Of a DNA stretch of 64,000 nucleotides, positions 37,495 to 50,742 are shown piece after piece (the stretch's first letter is position 1; each line of letters begins with the position of its first letter). Below the pieces are notes generated by a model. That model saw only the letters and a program-made list of their open reading frames with translations. It ran no database searches and was not told the origin of the DNA. The stretch comes from Eledone cirrhosa. Lineage: Eukaryota. The stretch lies in assembly GCA_964016885.1 (NCBI GenBank), contig OZ024764.1:19344001-19408000 (forward strand), in the 5' to 3' direction. Made by a program: the position numbers and the translations under genes.

Positions 37495-37956
37495 CTGCCC
37501 ACACTGCAAAGTGGTTGGGTAGGAGATATGACAAAAAGCACCCAACCCACACTGTAGAGAACATACAGTCAACATTATAAGGTGGTCATGTAGGCGATAT
37601 GACAAAAAGAAACTAGCCTACACTGTAAAGAACACACAGCCAACACTATAAGCTGGTCATGTAGGTGATATAACAAAAAGAAACCAGCCCACACTGTAAA
37701 GCGGTTACGTAGGTGTCACGGCAAAAAGGACCCAGCCCAAACTGTAAAGTGGTCATGTAGGTGTCACGACAAAAAGCACCCAGTACTTAATGTAAATAAG
37801 CTTGGTTCTAGGAAGGTCATCCAGCTGTAGAAACCAAACCAAAATTTGTTCTGTAGGAGCAACACGTGGTCACCTGACCTGGCATTGCTTACAACAGGAT
37901 AACTCGTCTAACCCATGCCAGGGTGGAAAAAATGATGTAAAACAGTGATGATGATA
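37495..37956 (+). repeat. RTE 3'-UTR relic with ~48-bp repeats (paralog of 6200-6770)
   Basis: Same repeat unit, tail and downstream flank. Confidence 0.75.
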
Positions 37957-38359
37957 TAACATTTGTTTAATAATGAATTCCAATCTCATTGTTAACAGCT
38001 ATAGATGTCAGGATGTGAACCTTCTTACTGAAATATCTTCTCCATGTTAGTGGCTGAAGAAGATTTAGAAAACTTTCACACAATAACTGTATTCCCTAAC
38101 TTCTCCCCTAAAAAATACAAGACAAGCAGGGCCAGACTTTTACCTACTGAAGCCCTAAGCTATATGAAATTAGAGGTTCTTCTCTAAAAATATATAATTA
38201 TCTTTTATATTAATGTTAATGATAAAGAATAAATAATATAATAAATATACCACCATAGGTGCTGAGGTGGCTAGCTGCTGGTGTGAACCTCACGAGATGG
38301 AATGGCTCTTCCAGCACATCTAGAACATGACCCTCTAATATCTAGTAGTTAGTAACAAA

Positions 38360-38779
38360 CTAGACCACCCGCGACCTGTTGGGTCACGTTCCTTTAACAC
38401 TATTTTAAAAGTCATTTAAAATAATTTTTAAATAGTTAAAATATACACATACGTATATATATATATCATCATCATCATCATCACCGTTTTACGTCCGTTC
38501 TTCCACGCTAGCATGGGTTAGACGGGTCGTCCTGTTGTGGGCATCGTCTGGTCGGCTGACCATGCCTTGCTCATACAGGAACTGATTTGGCTCGATTTCT
38601 ACAGCTGGATGCCCTTCCTAACACCAACCTCATTTACAGTGAGTGCTGGGTGCTTTTTCGTGGCGCCTACATGTCCACTTTACAGTGTGGGGTCGGTGCT
38701 TTTTTGCCGTGGCACCTCCACGACCACCTTGCAGTGGGAGGTGTGGGGGCATATTGTCTATATGCTTCATACGTATATC

Positions 38780-38814
<35 letters not shown>

Positions 38815-39035
38815 ATTTTATTTAACACCACCAGCGCCCACTCTCTCACCACCACTGTCTCGCTCTCTCCCTATATTTATGAAGGTACCCAGAAAACCCC
38901 CGTATCTTGGGAACCTGTGCTCCAATTTATACAAAACTTGTTTTATTCCTTTCAAAGTATTTCCCCATTATGCACTGTTTTAGCTGTATTAAATTACAGA
39001 CAAGACACAATCACAGAGTTTTAGTAGTATATAGA
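38360..39035 (-). mobile_element. Non-autonomous Helitron with a nested RTE fragment
   Basis: A|TC...CTAG|T on the minus strand; hairpin cgtgacc-caaca-ggtcgcg. Confidence 0.8.
38467..38767 (-). mobile_element. 5'-truncated RTE copy (3' UTR only) with TSD
   Basis: (CAT)n tail at 38467; ~19-bp TSD catacgtatat(a/c)tatatat at 38448-38466 and 38768-38786; absent from the 7171-7518 paralog. Confidence 0.85.
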
Positions 39036-39769
39036 TAATATAGCTTCAAATTAAAGTTAGTAAACGACAGTTTGGAGAAATCTGTAACATTTATTAAACA
39101 TTCCTCAAGTTTGTCAATTCTATAGCACAATAGTTTGTTAAAGTGTTTAGTTAGATATTCTACATATAAAGAAGAGAGAATACTTTACCACAAATATTAC
39201 AGTGGTATAATGATTTTCCCATCTCTACTGAAAAATATTCCTATGTTGATGTAAATATTTCTATTGTTCATAATTTTACCAAATGTGATCTTTGTCAATA
39301 TCCAAATATTTTGAAAACTCCTTTGTAAATATCCAAAGTTTAATCAGAATGTAAAATCATCTTGTAAATATTCCAGACAGTGAAAAAGCAAAATGTTGTT
39401 ATTTATCTCAATTCAGAAGAAATATTTCACCATAATTCACCACAGACTAAACAAGTTTATATCACTTGAATGTAACATCTTTCTGTTGTCTTTAAAAGAC
39501 TCATTTCTGTCAAGGTCATGTGATATTCTGAAATAGTAGAGAAACATTATTAAGATATTTAGAAAATAGATATACAACAGTGAAAACTTTACTACATCTC
39601 TATATTAATAGATATAAACCTTACATGGTGACACAAACACTGCAACACTAACTTACAGGAAAACATCTAGTTACTTGATCTAGTTACTTCAATCAGGTGA
39701 AGAGATAAACTAGATTGATTTCATTCTCATCTGAAAACAGGATAGACAGATGGTTGGGAATATTAACTC

Positions 39770-40608
39770 CTTTACTGGAGAAGGACGTACCACTCAACAT
39801 AGACTAGATACTAGGTGTAAGATCTAGAGGGACTGACAGATACAAGACTATCTGGAGATAGAAGGGTTGGAGAGGTGGTATAAGACAACCTAGAGAAAGA
39901 GGTAGGGACAGTAAAACATCTCCCTCTTTAATATAAAATCTAGAGGGACTGTGAGAGGGGTACAAGACAACCTAGAGAAACGGGTAGGGATAGTAAAAGA
40001 TCTCCCTGTTAAATATAAAATCTAGAGGGACTGTGAGAGAGGTACAAGACAACCTAAATAAAGGGTAGGGATAGTAAAAGATCTCCCTGTTAAATATAAA
40101 ATCTAGGACTGTGAGAGAGGTACAAGACAACCTAGAGGAAAGGGTAGGGATAGTAAAATATCTCCCTGTTAAATATAAGATCTAGAGGGACTGTGAGAGA
40201 GGTACAAGACAACCTAGAGAAAAGGGTAGGGATAGTAAAATATCTCCCTGTTAAATATAAGATCTAGAGGGACTGTGAGAGAGGTACAAGACAACCTAGA
40301 GAAAAGGGTAGGGATAGTAAAATATCTCCCTGTTAAATATAAGATCTAGAGGGACTGTGAGAGAGGTACAAGACAATCTAACAAAAGGGGGTAAGGACAG
40401 TAAAAGATCTCCCTGTTAAATATAAATTCAGAGATGTTCTACATGATACATATGATAAGGAGGAGGAGATTGATAGCTATGACATAGAAGATATCTGGAA
40501 GTTTCTTTCAGACGGCCTGTTGTGAACCACTGATGAGATCTGTAGTTGATGTAAGCTGCCAGCCAGATGAATGTTGCCTTGGTGATGGAATAGTACAGTA
40601 GATAGAAG
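39770..40608 (+). repeat. RTE relic with an 82-bp minisatellite (~7 units, 39820-40430)
   Basis: tctagaggga recurs at 40181, 40263 and 40345 (82-bp period); paralog of 8240-8730. Confidence 0.85.
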
Positions 40609-40976
40609 CCGACCTTACCCAATTACACCTCTCAAAGGCAATGACACACGACCGTGACCTCTGGCGTCACGCAGTAATACAGAGTACCCGACCTCCCATG
40701 GGTACAAGCTGAAGCATATAGACAATAAGCCCCCACCGCAAAAAAGCACCCAGCTCACACTGTAAAGTGGACGTGTAGGCGCCACGAAAAAGCACCCAGC
40801 ACTCACTGTAAATGAGGTTGGTGTTAGGAAGGACATCCAGCTGTAGAAATCAAGTCAAATCAGTTCCTGTATGAGCAAGGCATGGCCAGCCAAACAGACA
40901 CTGCCCACAACAGGACAATCCGTCTAACCAATGCTAGCGTGAAAGAACGGACGTAAAACGGTGATGATGATGATGA
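40609..40976 (+). mobile_element. 5'-truncated RTE copy
   Basis: Same family as 30331-30748. The empty site gatagaagttgaaatct is visible at 8708-8724. Confidence 0.88.
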
Positions 40977-41446
40977 AAGTTGAAATCTAAAACAACTGAA
41001 GAGACAGGAGGGGAACAACAATATCAAATAGTTAAAATGGAAGCTAGATATTAGGCTTACAAATTATTGATTTCTGTTGTTATTGTTAAAATCTGTTTAA
41101 TCTGTGATATGTGAGACAATGTACAGGACAATAGAATTAATATCAATGTCTGACTAGCAACAACAAAAGTTTTCATTTTATTGGCAGGTTTAAATTACAG
41201 AAGTTCCCAAACCTTTACTAAAAATACAAATATATATCTTACCTGTTAAAGTATAATAAATCAAAGTTTAATGTGAAAAACTTCAATTTACACAAAATCT
41301 TCAAACACTACTTCAAAAATGGAAACCTGGTGTTTATGATCCCTGTCATAGGTAAAACCTACAAGGTTAACCCCAGTTTTAGCCAGGATGATGGATCTAC
41401 ACAATTGTTGTTGTAGTATGATGTAATGAGTTTGATATTGATACAG

Positions 41447-42643
41447 CTAAACTTCTGTATGAATACGCACATGCTTGAAGTTACCTCTGAGAGAGAATGA
41501 TTTACCACAGATGTCACAGTGATATGGCTTCTCTCCTGTATGAGTACGTTTGTGGGTAGCTAAGCTACTTCTGTTAGCGAATGATTTACCACAGATGTCA
41601 CAATGATATGGCTTCTCCACTGTATGAATACAATTGTGAGTAGTTAAGGTACTACTGCGACTGAATGATTTACCACAGATGTCACAATGATATGGCTTCT
41701 CCCCTGTATGAATACATTTGTGAGTAGTTAAGGTTCTACTGCGACTGAATGATTTACCACAGATGTCACAGTGATATGTCTTCTCTCCTGTATGAATACG
41801 TTTGTGACTAGTTAGGCCACTACTCTGAGAGAAGGATTTATCACAGATGTCACAGTGGTATGGCCTCTCTCCTGTATGAATACGTTTGTGAGTAGTTAAG
41901 GTATTTCTGAGACTGAATGATTTACCACAGATGTCACAGTGATGTGGCTTCTCTCCTGTATGAATTTGCTTGTGAACTCTGATGCTACTACCGTAACTAA
42001 ATGATTTACCACAGATATCACAGTGATATGGCTTCTCTCCTGTATGAATACGTTTGTGAGTAGTTAGATTATTATTTTTAGTGAATGTTTTACCACAGAT
42101 ATCACAGTGATATGGTTTCTCTCCTGTATGAATACGTTTGTGAGTAATTAGGTGATTACTCTGAGAGAATGATTTACCACAGATATCACAGTGATATGGT
42201 TTCTCTCCTGTATGAATATGTTTGTGAAGAGTTAAGCTAATACTGTGACTGAATGATTTGTTACAGATATCACACTTATAAGGCTCCTCTCCTGTATGAA
42301 TACGTTTGTGAGTAGTTAGGTGATTACTCTGAGAGAATGAATTACCGCAGATGTCACAGTGATATGGCTTCTCTCCTGTATGAATACGTTGGTGTTTAGT
42401 TAAGCTATATCTGCAAGAGAATGATTTACTACAGATGTCACAGTGATGTGGCTTCTCTCCTGTATGAATATGTTTGTGAACTCTGACGCTACTACTGTGA
42501 CTGAATGATTTGTTACAGATATCACACTTATAAGGCTTCTCTCCTGTATGAATACGTTTGTGACTAGTTAGGTGATTACTACAAGAGAATGATTTACCAC
42601 AGATATCACAGTGGAATGGTGATTTTACTATATTTTTCGACAT
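41447..42643 (-). CDS. C2H2 zinc-finger protein, 398 aa, 14 tandem fingers, no recognisable effector domain; the only intact copy in the window
   Basis: Uninterrupted [19 protein letters not shown] repeats; the last finger is one residue short. Acceptor AG at 43462-43461; predicted exon 1 near 50615-50680. Confidence 0.93.
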   Translation of the reverse strand: MSKNIVKSPFHCDICGKSFSCSNHLTSHKRIHTGEKPYKCDICNKSFSHSSSVRVHKHIHTGEKPHHCDICSKSFSCRYSLTKHQRIHTGEKPYHCDICGNSFSQSNHLTTHKRIHTGEEPYKCDICNKSFSHSISLTLHKHIHTGEKPYHCDICGKSFSQSNHLITHKRIHTGEKPYHCDICGKTFTKNNNLTTHKRIHTGEKPYHCDICGKSFSYGSSIRVHKQIHTGEKPHHCDICGKSFSLRNTLTTHKRIHTGERPYHCDICDKSFSQSSGLTSHKRIHTGEKTYHCDICGKSFSRSRTLTTHKCIHTGEKPYHCDICGKSFSRSSTLTTHNCIHTVEKPYHCDICGKSFANRSSLATHKRTHTGEKPYHCDICGKSFSLRGNFKHVRIHTEV

Positions 42644-43599
42644 AACTCCTACTAAAAGATATCAATGACCTCAGTTTCTCACATAATTCACAGTTTTAAT
42701 ATTTTTCTCCTCTTAATATATGAATATTTTTCTTCTTTATGTTTATAATATTATTCCTAAAACATATTCCTCCAGATATATTTACATCAACTTGGTCTTT
42801 CTTTATATTTAAAGATGATACAAACTGTTTTGTAGATCTCTTCAAGTTTAATATACATATAAAATCATCCTGTACATATTCCAGACAGTGAAGAATCTAA
42901 TTTTTCTGGTCTTCATTTGATTAGTTATTCCTGTAATAATGGAAATATTTCTACTCCTGTAGTTCCATCAACTATCATCTTTGTCAATATATGAAGATCT
43001 TACAAAATCATGTGAAAATTTCTTCAGCTTTATTTTGTATCTTCTACATATTCCAGACAGCAAAGAATAGAAGTGTTATTGAGTTTACAAGAAATATTTC
43101 ACAGTATTTCTCCCCTAGATTTATATAAACAAGGTTGTATCTGTTCTGTATAACAGCTTCCTTTAATCTTTAAATAATAGTGTTGATGAAACAACTGATA
43201 TAAAAGTGATTTATCCTTTTCATACCAGTCTTTATATTTATCTAAAAACTTTCCATTGTAACTTCATGAAATTGTGCTAAGTTATGTTCCAAATAGCAGC
43301 TTAATACTGAGAAATTTAGTTATATTACTAAATCCCTTCAAAGTGTTGAGTGTTTTCAAAATTATTTGAAAATGATGGGTAGTGTCTTTCATTAGAAATG
43401 GTTAATATTGAGGATATGTCTGATGTAACGTGCTCTTTAATGCCAATGTCCTCTGGTATTCTGAAATAATGAAAGAACATTATAAGATACTCAGAAACTT
43501 GTAATACATCAGTACAAATTTCATATAATATTTCTATATTGGTAAATCGACTGTAATAAATACTAAGGCCTTCTTTGGTGAAGAATGTGCTGCCTAACA

Positions 43600-44750
43600 T
43601 AGGTTAGTTATTAGTGGCAGTAGATTATACTGACTGATAAAAGTAGTTATTAGTGACATTAGATTAAACTGACTGATAAAAGTAGTTATTAGTGGCAGTA
43701 GATTAAACTGACTGATAAAAGTAGTTATTAGTGACATTAGATTAAACTGACTGATAAAAGTAGTTATTAGTGATATTAGATTATACTGACAGATAAAAGT
43801 AGTTATTAGTGACATTAGATTATACTGACTGATAAAAGTAGTTAATAGTGACATTAGATTATACTGACTGATAAAAGTAGTTAATAGTGACATTAGATTA
43901 AACTGACTGATAAAAGTAGTTATTAGTGACATTAGATTAAACTGACTGATAAAAGTAGTTATTAGTGACATTAGATTATACTGACTGATAAAAGTAGTTA
44001 TTAGTGACTTTAGATTATACTGACTGATAAAAGTAGTTATTAGTGACATTAGATTATACTGACTGATAAAAGTAGTTATTAGTGACATTAGATTAAACTG
44101 ACTGATAAAAGTAGTTATTAGTGACATTAGATTATACTGACTGATAAAAGTAGTTATTAGTGACTTTAGATTATACTGACTGATAAAAGTAGTTATTAGT
44201 GGCAGTAGATTAAATTGACTGATAAAAGTAGTTATTAGTGACATTAGATTATACTGACTGATAAAAGTAGTTAGTAGTGACATTAGATTATACTGACTGA
44301 TAAAAGTTATTAGTGGCATTAGATTATACTGACTGATAAAAGTAGTTATTAGTGACATTAGATTATACTGACTGATAAAAGTAGTTATTAGTGACATTAG
44401 ATTATACTGACTGATAAAAGTAGTTATTAGTGACATTAGATTATACTGACTGATAAAAGTAGTTATTAGTGACATTAGATTATACTGACTGATAAAAGTT
44501 ATTAGTGACATTAGATTAAACTGACTGATAAAAGTAGTTATTAGTGACATTAGATTATACTGACTGATAAAAGTAGTTAATAGTGACATTAGATTAAACT
44601 GACTGATAAAAGTTATTAGTGGCATTAGATTATACTGACTGATAAAAGTAGTTATTAGTGACATTAGATTAAACTGACTGATAAAAGTAGTTATTAGTGA
44701 CTTTAGATTATACTGACTGATAAAAGTAGTTATTAGTGACATTAGATTAA
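43600..44750 (+). repeat. 39-bp RTE-derived minisatellite (~29 units)
   Basis: Same unit as 10945-11291; three units lack one agt triplet. Confidence 0.92.
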
Positions 44751-44957
44751 CCCTTTAGTATTCACATTACTCTATATTTACTATTATATTTTCACAGTAA
44801 ATGCTTTATCTCACATAATATCAAATCTATGAGATTTTCATGTTATTTATTTTGAGAACAATACCTTAACATAAGTATAAGTGACCAGTTACGGCCAGTT
44901 GAACAGAAAGACATGAGACAATTCTGGCCAGATATGGCCAGTTTATATACTAAAGGG
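44751..44957. mobile_element. piggyBac-type MITE copy
   Basis: TTAA|ccctttagta...tactaaaggg|TTAA. Confidence 0.85.
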
Positions 44958-45585
44958 TTAAAGAAATTAGGTGTAGAAGAATGGCTTGTGAGAAGCTGTC
45001 AGTAAAGTGTGTCTAGTGAGGAATTGAAGGTACAGGTAGGAGTCCATCATGGTTTAGTTCTTAGCCCACTGTTGTTCATCATAGTTCTCCAAGCCATAAC
45101 AGAGAGGTTTAAGACTGGCTGTCTATGGAAACTTCTCTATGTAGATGACCAACTATAGATATAGAATTTGAAATGGTAAGTTCTGAGAATATACTTAGCC
45201 AAAACTAAAGTGCTAATGGATAGGAGAGAAGACCTTCAGGAAAGTGGCCCTGCTCCATATGTAGAAAAGGAATAAGTAGAGATAACCACAATGACAGAGA
45301 CCTAGTTATAATAGCAGGGGACTTCAATGGTCATGTTGGACAGCTCCAGGATGGATACACTGGGGTACATGGTGGTTATGGTTATGGCTCAAGAAACGAT
45401 GAAGGAGTGAGGCTTCTTGTATTTTGTGATGCAAGTGAACTAACCATTTGCAACACTTCAAGAAACCTACCAACCACCTAATAACCTACCAATCAGGTGA
45501 GCACATGAGACAGATTGACTTCTTGCTAGTTAGGCAGTAAGAGAGATAGATGGTGTCAAATACTAAGGCATACCCCAGGGAACAA
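44958..45585 (+). mobile_element. RTE relic truncated by a ~3.3-kb deletion
   Basis: Matches 11500-12125, then jumps to the equivalent of 15470 through 'caa' microhomology. Confidence 0.8.
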
Positions 45586-45667
45586 AGTAGCAGGAAACGA
45601 CTAGATTTGTAGATAAAGAAGTGGGAGACAGGATTATCGGAGTTTAGAAGAGCTACACACTTCTCCA

Positions 45668-45873
45668 GTTGGCTGGGAAATAATTATCTTTCCTTAATTT
45701 TATTGCTCGACCTCTTAGATGTTTGCAATCGACTTTTCTTCCTGAAAACGGAAACCCTAATCCTAATACTGGGAAATAAAACGTCTATTGCAAGTATCTA
45801 AGGGGTCCAGAGAAAAAATACTGGAAAAGGGGTATAGCAAGAATTCTAAGAAAAATAATTATTCATACCCAAC
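45668..45873. mobile_element. Foldback MITE copy
   Basis: Paralog of 15551-15754. Confidence 0.7.
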
Positions 45874-45950
45874 GTGAGGTGTGAGTAGATCTGTGAAACT
45901 ACATCTCTTTGTATACTTTCACCCTACTTTTTCTACAAATCTAGTCGTTT

Positions 45951-46094
45951 CCGTGAGGGTACCTGGTTATTTCAGCACCGTAGCCTCACCTTACTGAGGT
46001 GTCAGGTGATACCCGTGAGGGTACCTGGTTATTTCAGCACCTTAGCCTCACCATCACCCGTTGTAATGCTGCCAGTGTGTTGGCTTGCCTCAAA
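45951..46094 (+). repeat. 62-bp CRE-derived repeat (~1.7 units) with the best-preserved tail
   Basis: Reads LTEVSGDTREGTWLFQHLSLTITRCNAASVLACLK. Confidence 0.85.
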
Positions 46095-46142
46095 GTGTGT
46101 AGTTAACCCCTAGGGTGTGAGGTGTGGCCTATTATCACACTA

Positions 46143-49100
46143 TAAATTCAATTTATTCACGTTTATAATAACATATATAATGACACAATGCTTAGAGGAA
46201 AGTCATAGAATCACTTATATCAACACAAGTGGATAAGTTCCTTCAGACTGAAAATATAAACAGAGCATATAAATAAATTTACAGTAGAATAACATAACAA
46301 ATATGTTTTAAATATATAAATAACATTGCAAATGCCTCGGTAACACTATAAAGGATGATACAATGAAAGATAAATTCCTTCAATGTTGCAATATTAAAGA
46401 AAATGTAAAGGAAGGGGTGGACAACGGAGCCAACACCAGAGCAAAAGACAGCAACGAGGGGTACTGGGAAACCGCTCTAATGAGTTTTGAGGCAAGCCAG
46501 CACACTGGCAGTGTTACCTCGGGTGATGGCGAGGCTGAGGTGCTGGAACAGCCAAACGCCCTCGCGATTTCGCCAGTTACCTCTATAAGGCGAGCCGCCA
46601 GTGAGGAAAGGAACCTCGCAGTCAGCGACCCGACTCCCCCAAACGTCTCGAAAGCCACAGGCTGAAAAATGTAGCTGGTCGACAGATCAGAGTATTTGAG
46701 GGTCTTACTCCGCTCGGCTGCCGAAGCTGTGGCTCTCGTCCTTACCGCAGCATCAAGGATGTGGGAAAGAGCAAAGGAGTCACTAACAGTGACGTCCCAG
46801 ATTAAGCACCTGCCTCTCGACCAGGGGCACAGGGTAAGGCTGTCAGGTCTTTTGCCGTCACTTCTGGACAACCCAGATGGTTCCAAGACTGAGGGGATGT
46901 TTGCCCGGGCCAAAGCTATCTTCAGAATAAAGTTTAGCTCCGTGTGACGGGTGAAGTGGTCGGCATTCAGGCGGCAAGAAAGACCGTGGAGGCCTGTGGA
47001 GTGGAGGAGTTAGCCACATCTCAAACCCATGCAGACGTCAGCTCCCAGTCTGAGGGTGATGGAGACACGAACTTCATCCAGGCTGAGTAGGCCTCCAACG
47101 TTGGCCACGGGTAAGGCATCGACCCAGTCACCGGAGTATTTGGCGCTGGCAGATGGTAAGCGGCACCTTGTAAACTGATCTGAGAGGACAAAGAGGGAGT
47201 CGAAGGTGGCATTCCAACGTATCCTGTCCCAAGTTCTCTGACTTCGACTGTCCTCCACCTTCTCAGGAAGAGACAAGCCCAACTCACTCCATTGCTGGAG
47301 CTTCACACAACTCCCTGTTGGAACTAGTCCATGTTGGAGAGGAGAGGATGCTGCAAGCTTGGGTGGAGGAAAGGACGAACACTTACTAACATTGACCAGA
47401 CACTCGAGTCTCTCGAAGATTAGGTCGTCGAAGCGTTGGAGGCAGGATGGAAATCTGTGAGAGGGGCTGACTCTGAGCAGATACAGAAGCTTAGGAATAG
47501 ACAGGTAGTTCCTGAGTAAGAAGAAACCTTGATGGGGTTCGATATCTTCAATATTCCTCAGCAGCTGCTCAAGGCCAACCATCTTCGATTGGATGGTTGA
47601 CTCGAAGGCCAGGTCTGTGATTGGGGCTCCTAAGGAGCACCAAGCCGACGGGGGAGGGACCGTGATGGAAGGGAAGGACTCTGCGAACAGGTCGATCAGC
47701 TGTTGGTGTTAAGAAGCCGTGTGGTTGAGGATCCAGAGCTCACATTTGGAGCTATTGATCTGGAGACCCCGGCGCCAAGCTCCTCCACCATCCTGTTGGC
47801 AGTGGCGAGAACCATATCCGGAGTTCCCCCCACCAGGCGTCGTCGAGCTACCAGACATTGAGGTCCAACTCAGCCCCCATCATGGTGACGTCATCAATGT
47901 CCAGTGCGGGGGGGGGGGGGGGTCCTCGAGTGGGTCACCCTGTTGAACTCCTGAGGCAGAGGTGATGATCTGGTCACTGAAAGAGAGGTAGGAGGGCTCC
48001 CGATAAGCCTGCCAAGCAAAGTGGTAGAGTTGTGGGACCCTCTCTCTTACTGAGCCGAGGACGATGTTACGGCTGACGGAGTTGAAGGCATTCCTGAGGT
48101 CAAGTTTGAGGATGACCTTGGGGGATGAGGAGGGCAAGTTGGCAAATGCTCTGGCCGCGTGGACAGCAGCCACACATCCCAACCTGGTACCCACCCACAG
48201 CTGGATGGGGGAAAATTCCTCCGCCAGTGGGTTGGAGACCAACAGCAATCACGCCTTTGCAGTGAGGCGGCGAGGTGTGCAGCCAACCGCAATGCGGCGC
48301 AGGTCCCCGTTGGGCTTGGTGAGACCAAATAGCTTCACACCGAAGAACAGTGGGCGGATGAACGGGAGAAGGTTCACCGATTCACAAACTGAGTCAGACT
48401 CTCCAAGAGCTCGAGTCCGGCATCACCGGCCGATAAGGAGATACCATCCTTGAGATGTTGAGGATGAAGGACGTCAATTCCCGCGCCTGACCCAGCGGGG
48501 AAGGATGAAATCGCCTTTCTGATGATATTGGTGGTGTAAACCAGTCTCAAGTATTCTGGTGGTTCGGGCCAGTGTTGCTGATCATCTGGGGGTGCTTCTC
48601 TTTCAGACGCTCACGAGAGTCAGAGTTGCATGGAGCAAGGGAGGACAGCCTCTTTAATGTCAAATTCGGTGAGTTTGGCATTGACGGCTCGCTTGAGGTC
48701 TACCGGTTGTCTGTTGGTGGACACCGAGCTCGGAGACGAACTGAGATGAGACGTGGTTGGGGTGGACTCAAACAGCTGGAACTGCCGCTTGAGAGAGGAC
48801 TTGAGGGAACCCGAGTTCGCATTGTGCACGTGAAGAGAGATGAGGGGAAACAAAAACAATTTCTGCCAGACTATTGTTGGACGAGCAAACGTTTTTCAGT
48901 AAATTAGAGAGGGCACCTGCAAAGCTGTTCCGAGCTCCCTTAAGGGTCCGGTTAACGAGCTTTGATTTGGAGAAGCCCTGGGAGGGGCTGTGGGAAAGTC
49001 GTCGGTAGAGTGTTGGTCATCCCCACGGAATAGTCGGAGCTGAAGTGGCACCGATGACAGGTCCAGTGTTGAAGCCTTTCGGCTTGAGCTTTGGTGATGC

Positions 49101-49635
49101 CGACACAGCTTCTGTGGTAGCTTGCGTGGCATAGGTGACATTTAATTGTCTTTAAGTACTGGTTAGTGCGGGCACAGAGGGCGCAATCAGGTGGCAGGCT
49201 GGCAACAGCCGGCAGTAGAGGGCCAGCGTTGGAATTCGGTGAAGGGAGTGAGTCAGTAAAGGAGACAGCAGTGGTTCTAGAGTGGACTAGGTTAAAGTGG
49301 TGACAACTTTAGCAATCGGCAATCGCCGGTGATAGTTCGGTCGAAACATCGGGCCACCGGCGGGTTGAACGAATACCTAGGTGGGCTGTGCGCGAGGAGG
49401 AAGGGTTGAGCAAGAGGAGGGATGGAAGGTGGAGAAGGAGTGAGAAGATGATGAGTGCGTAGAGAGGAGTGTGGTCATGTGAGAGGCAGATAAATACAGT
49501 GGGAGAGAAAGAGCACTGAACATGCAAAGAGAAGGAAAATAAAAACGCTAGAAATACAAAATCTAAGGCTGTGAGGTTGTGTAATAGTTCGCATGGGTAA
49601 ATCCGCAGTAAAAACCGAAATTGTGAGTTTGTGTA
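46143..49635 (-). mobile_element. Near full-length CRE-clade non-LTR retrotransposon (PHD, RT, CCHC, RLE), inactive
   Basis: FGLTKPNGDLRRIAVG, LKLDLRNAFNSVSR, GVQQGDPL, W*LDD (catalytic Tyr changed to TAG), HGLSC...RH, RPDSLT..WDVTV..K..KY, PVAFETFG. AT-rich 3' UTR with AATAAA. Confidence 0.9.
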
Positions 49636-50608
49636 AAAAAGAAAAAAAAAAAAACATGGGCAAGACTTAAGTAAAATCAAAACCTGAATGATAGTGATAC
49701 AAGATGTTTACAATTACGGAGTGATTACATTACTGGACCTGAATTCTATCAAGTGGTCAAAGCTTCTAATTCTGTGAAATAGAATGGAAGTATGGATTGA
49801 CCTTTCAGTCACACCTGACTATAAATAGATTCAGGTTATTTCAAGAGGGAGATGGGATGGTTCCTCGCCATTTATAATTATTTATATTTTATATTTGGGG
49901 GGTTTGATTTTGAAAAATTGTAAGTGTATGTTAAGGAGGAAAGTATAATTGTGTGATACAATTGCTCCAGGTTGGTTCCCTACGTTGTTGCCACAAACAA
50001 TTCTTTTTTCCTCCGAACATCTGTTATTCCTCTCCGTAGATTATAAATGGTAAAATCCGTTCGATCCAACCGAATGGAAAATCCAGTTCCTTGAAGAATA
50101 TTTTGAGTTGTCTCGGACAAAGCAAAAAAAGGGGAAAGTTGAAAATCTTTACCTCGTTTCGTGGTGAATTGCCATCTCCCACTGTGTTTTTCTTTCCTTT
50201 ATCATTATTGTTCAATAAATTATATTATTATACACAGTTTAGACAATATATTTGTAATGTCTTTCTCAAGGAATTGCCAGCAATTTATAATGTTATTTAC
50301 ACACGTTATTTATGTATATATTTAAAACATATTTACAACGTTATTCTACTGTAAATTTATATAATTGTAATAAAATATATTAATTATATCATCACATAAT
50401 ATAAAAACGACCTTTAGAATATTTAAATATTTAGTTTTGTTAATTTATTTTTCAGCAACAACAAAAGTTTTCACTTTAATTAATTAGAGGTAGGTAAAAT
50501 ATAGATAATTACGATAACATTTTATATTTCCAGTAATGAAACAAACAAGAAAATATATATTTGTGATGTGAAAAGTGAGCTTAAATCTACAATATTAATA
50601 GACATAAT

Positions 50609-50742
50609 ACTTACATTATAGTCTCAGGTGTTTAGTATTTACAGAAATGTTTTCTAAATGATGTTGGAGGAAGACTAACACGTGGACAGGAAGTCGACAA
50701 CTGCACCACTGCGCATGCTTCAATGTTTTTTTTGTGACGTAA
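50609..50742 (-). promoter_or_regulatory. Putative promoter plus exon 1 (copy 5) of the intact 41447-42643 gene
   Basis: CACGTG 50679-50684, TGCGCATGC 50710-50718, TGACGT 50735-50740; donor at 50614-50609. Confidence 0.6.

Noticed and set aside
43594-44742. 382-aa repetitive ORF (MSLITTFISQYNL)n, with copies at 10984-11283 and 59145-59912
   Set aside because: Antisense reading of an intronic 39-bp RTE-derived minisatellite. A unit divisible by 3 stays open by chance, and the 3-bp indels are slippage in agtagt.
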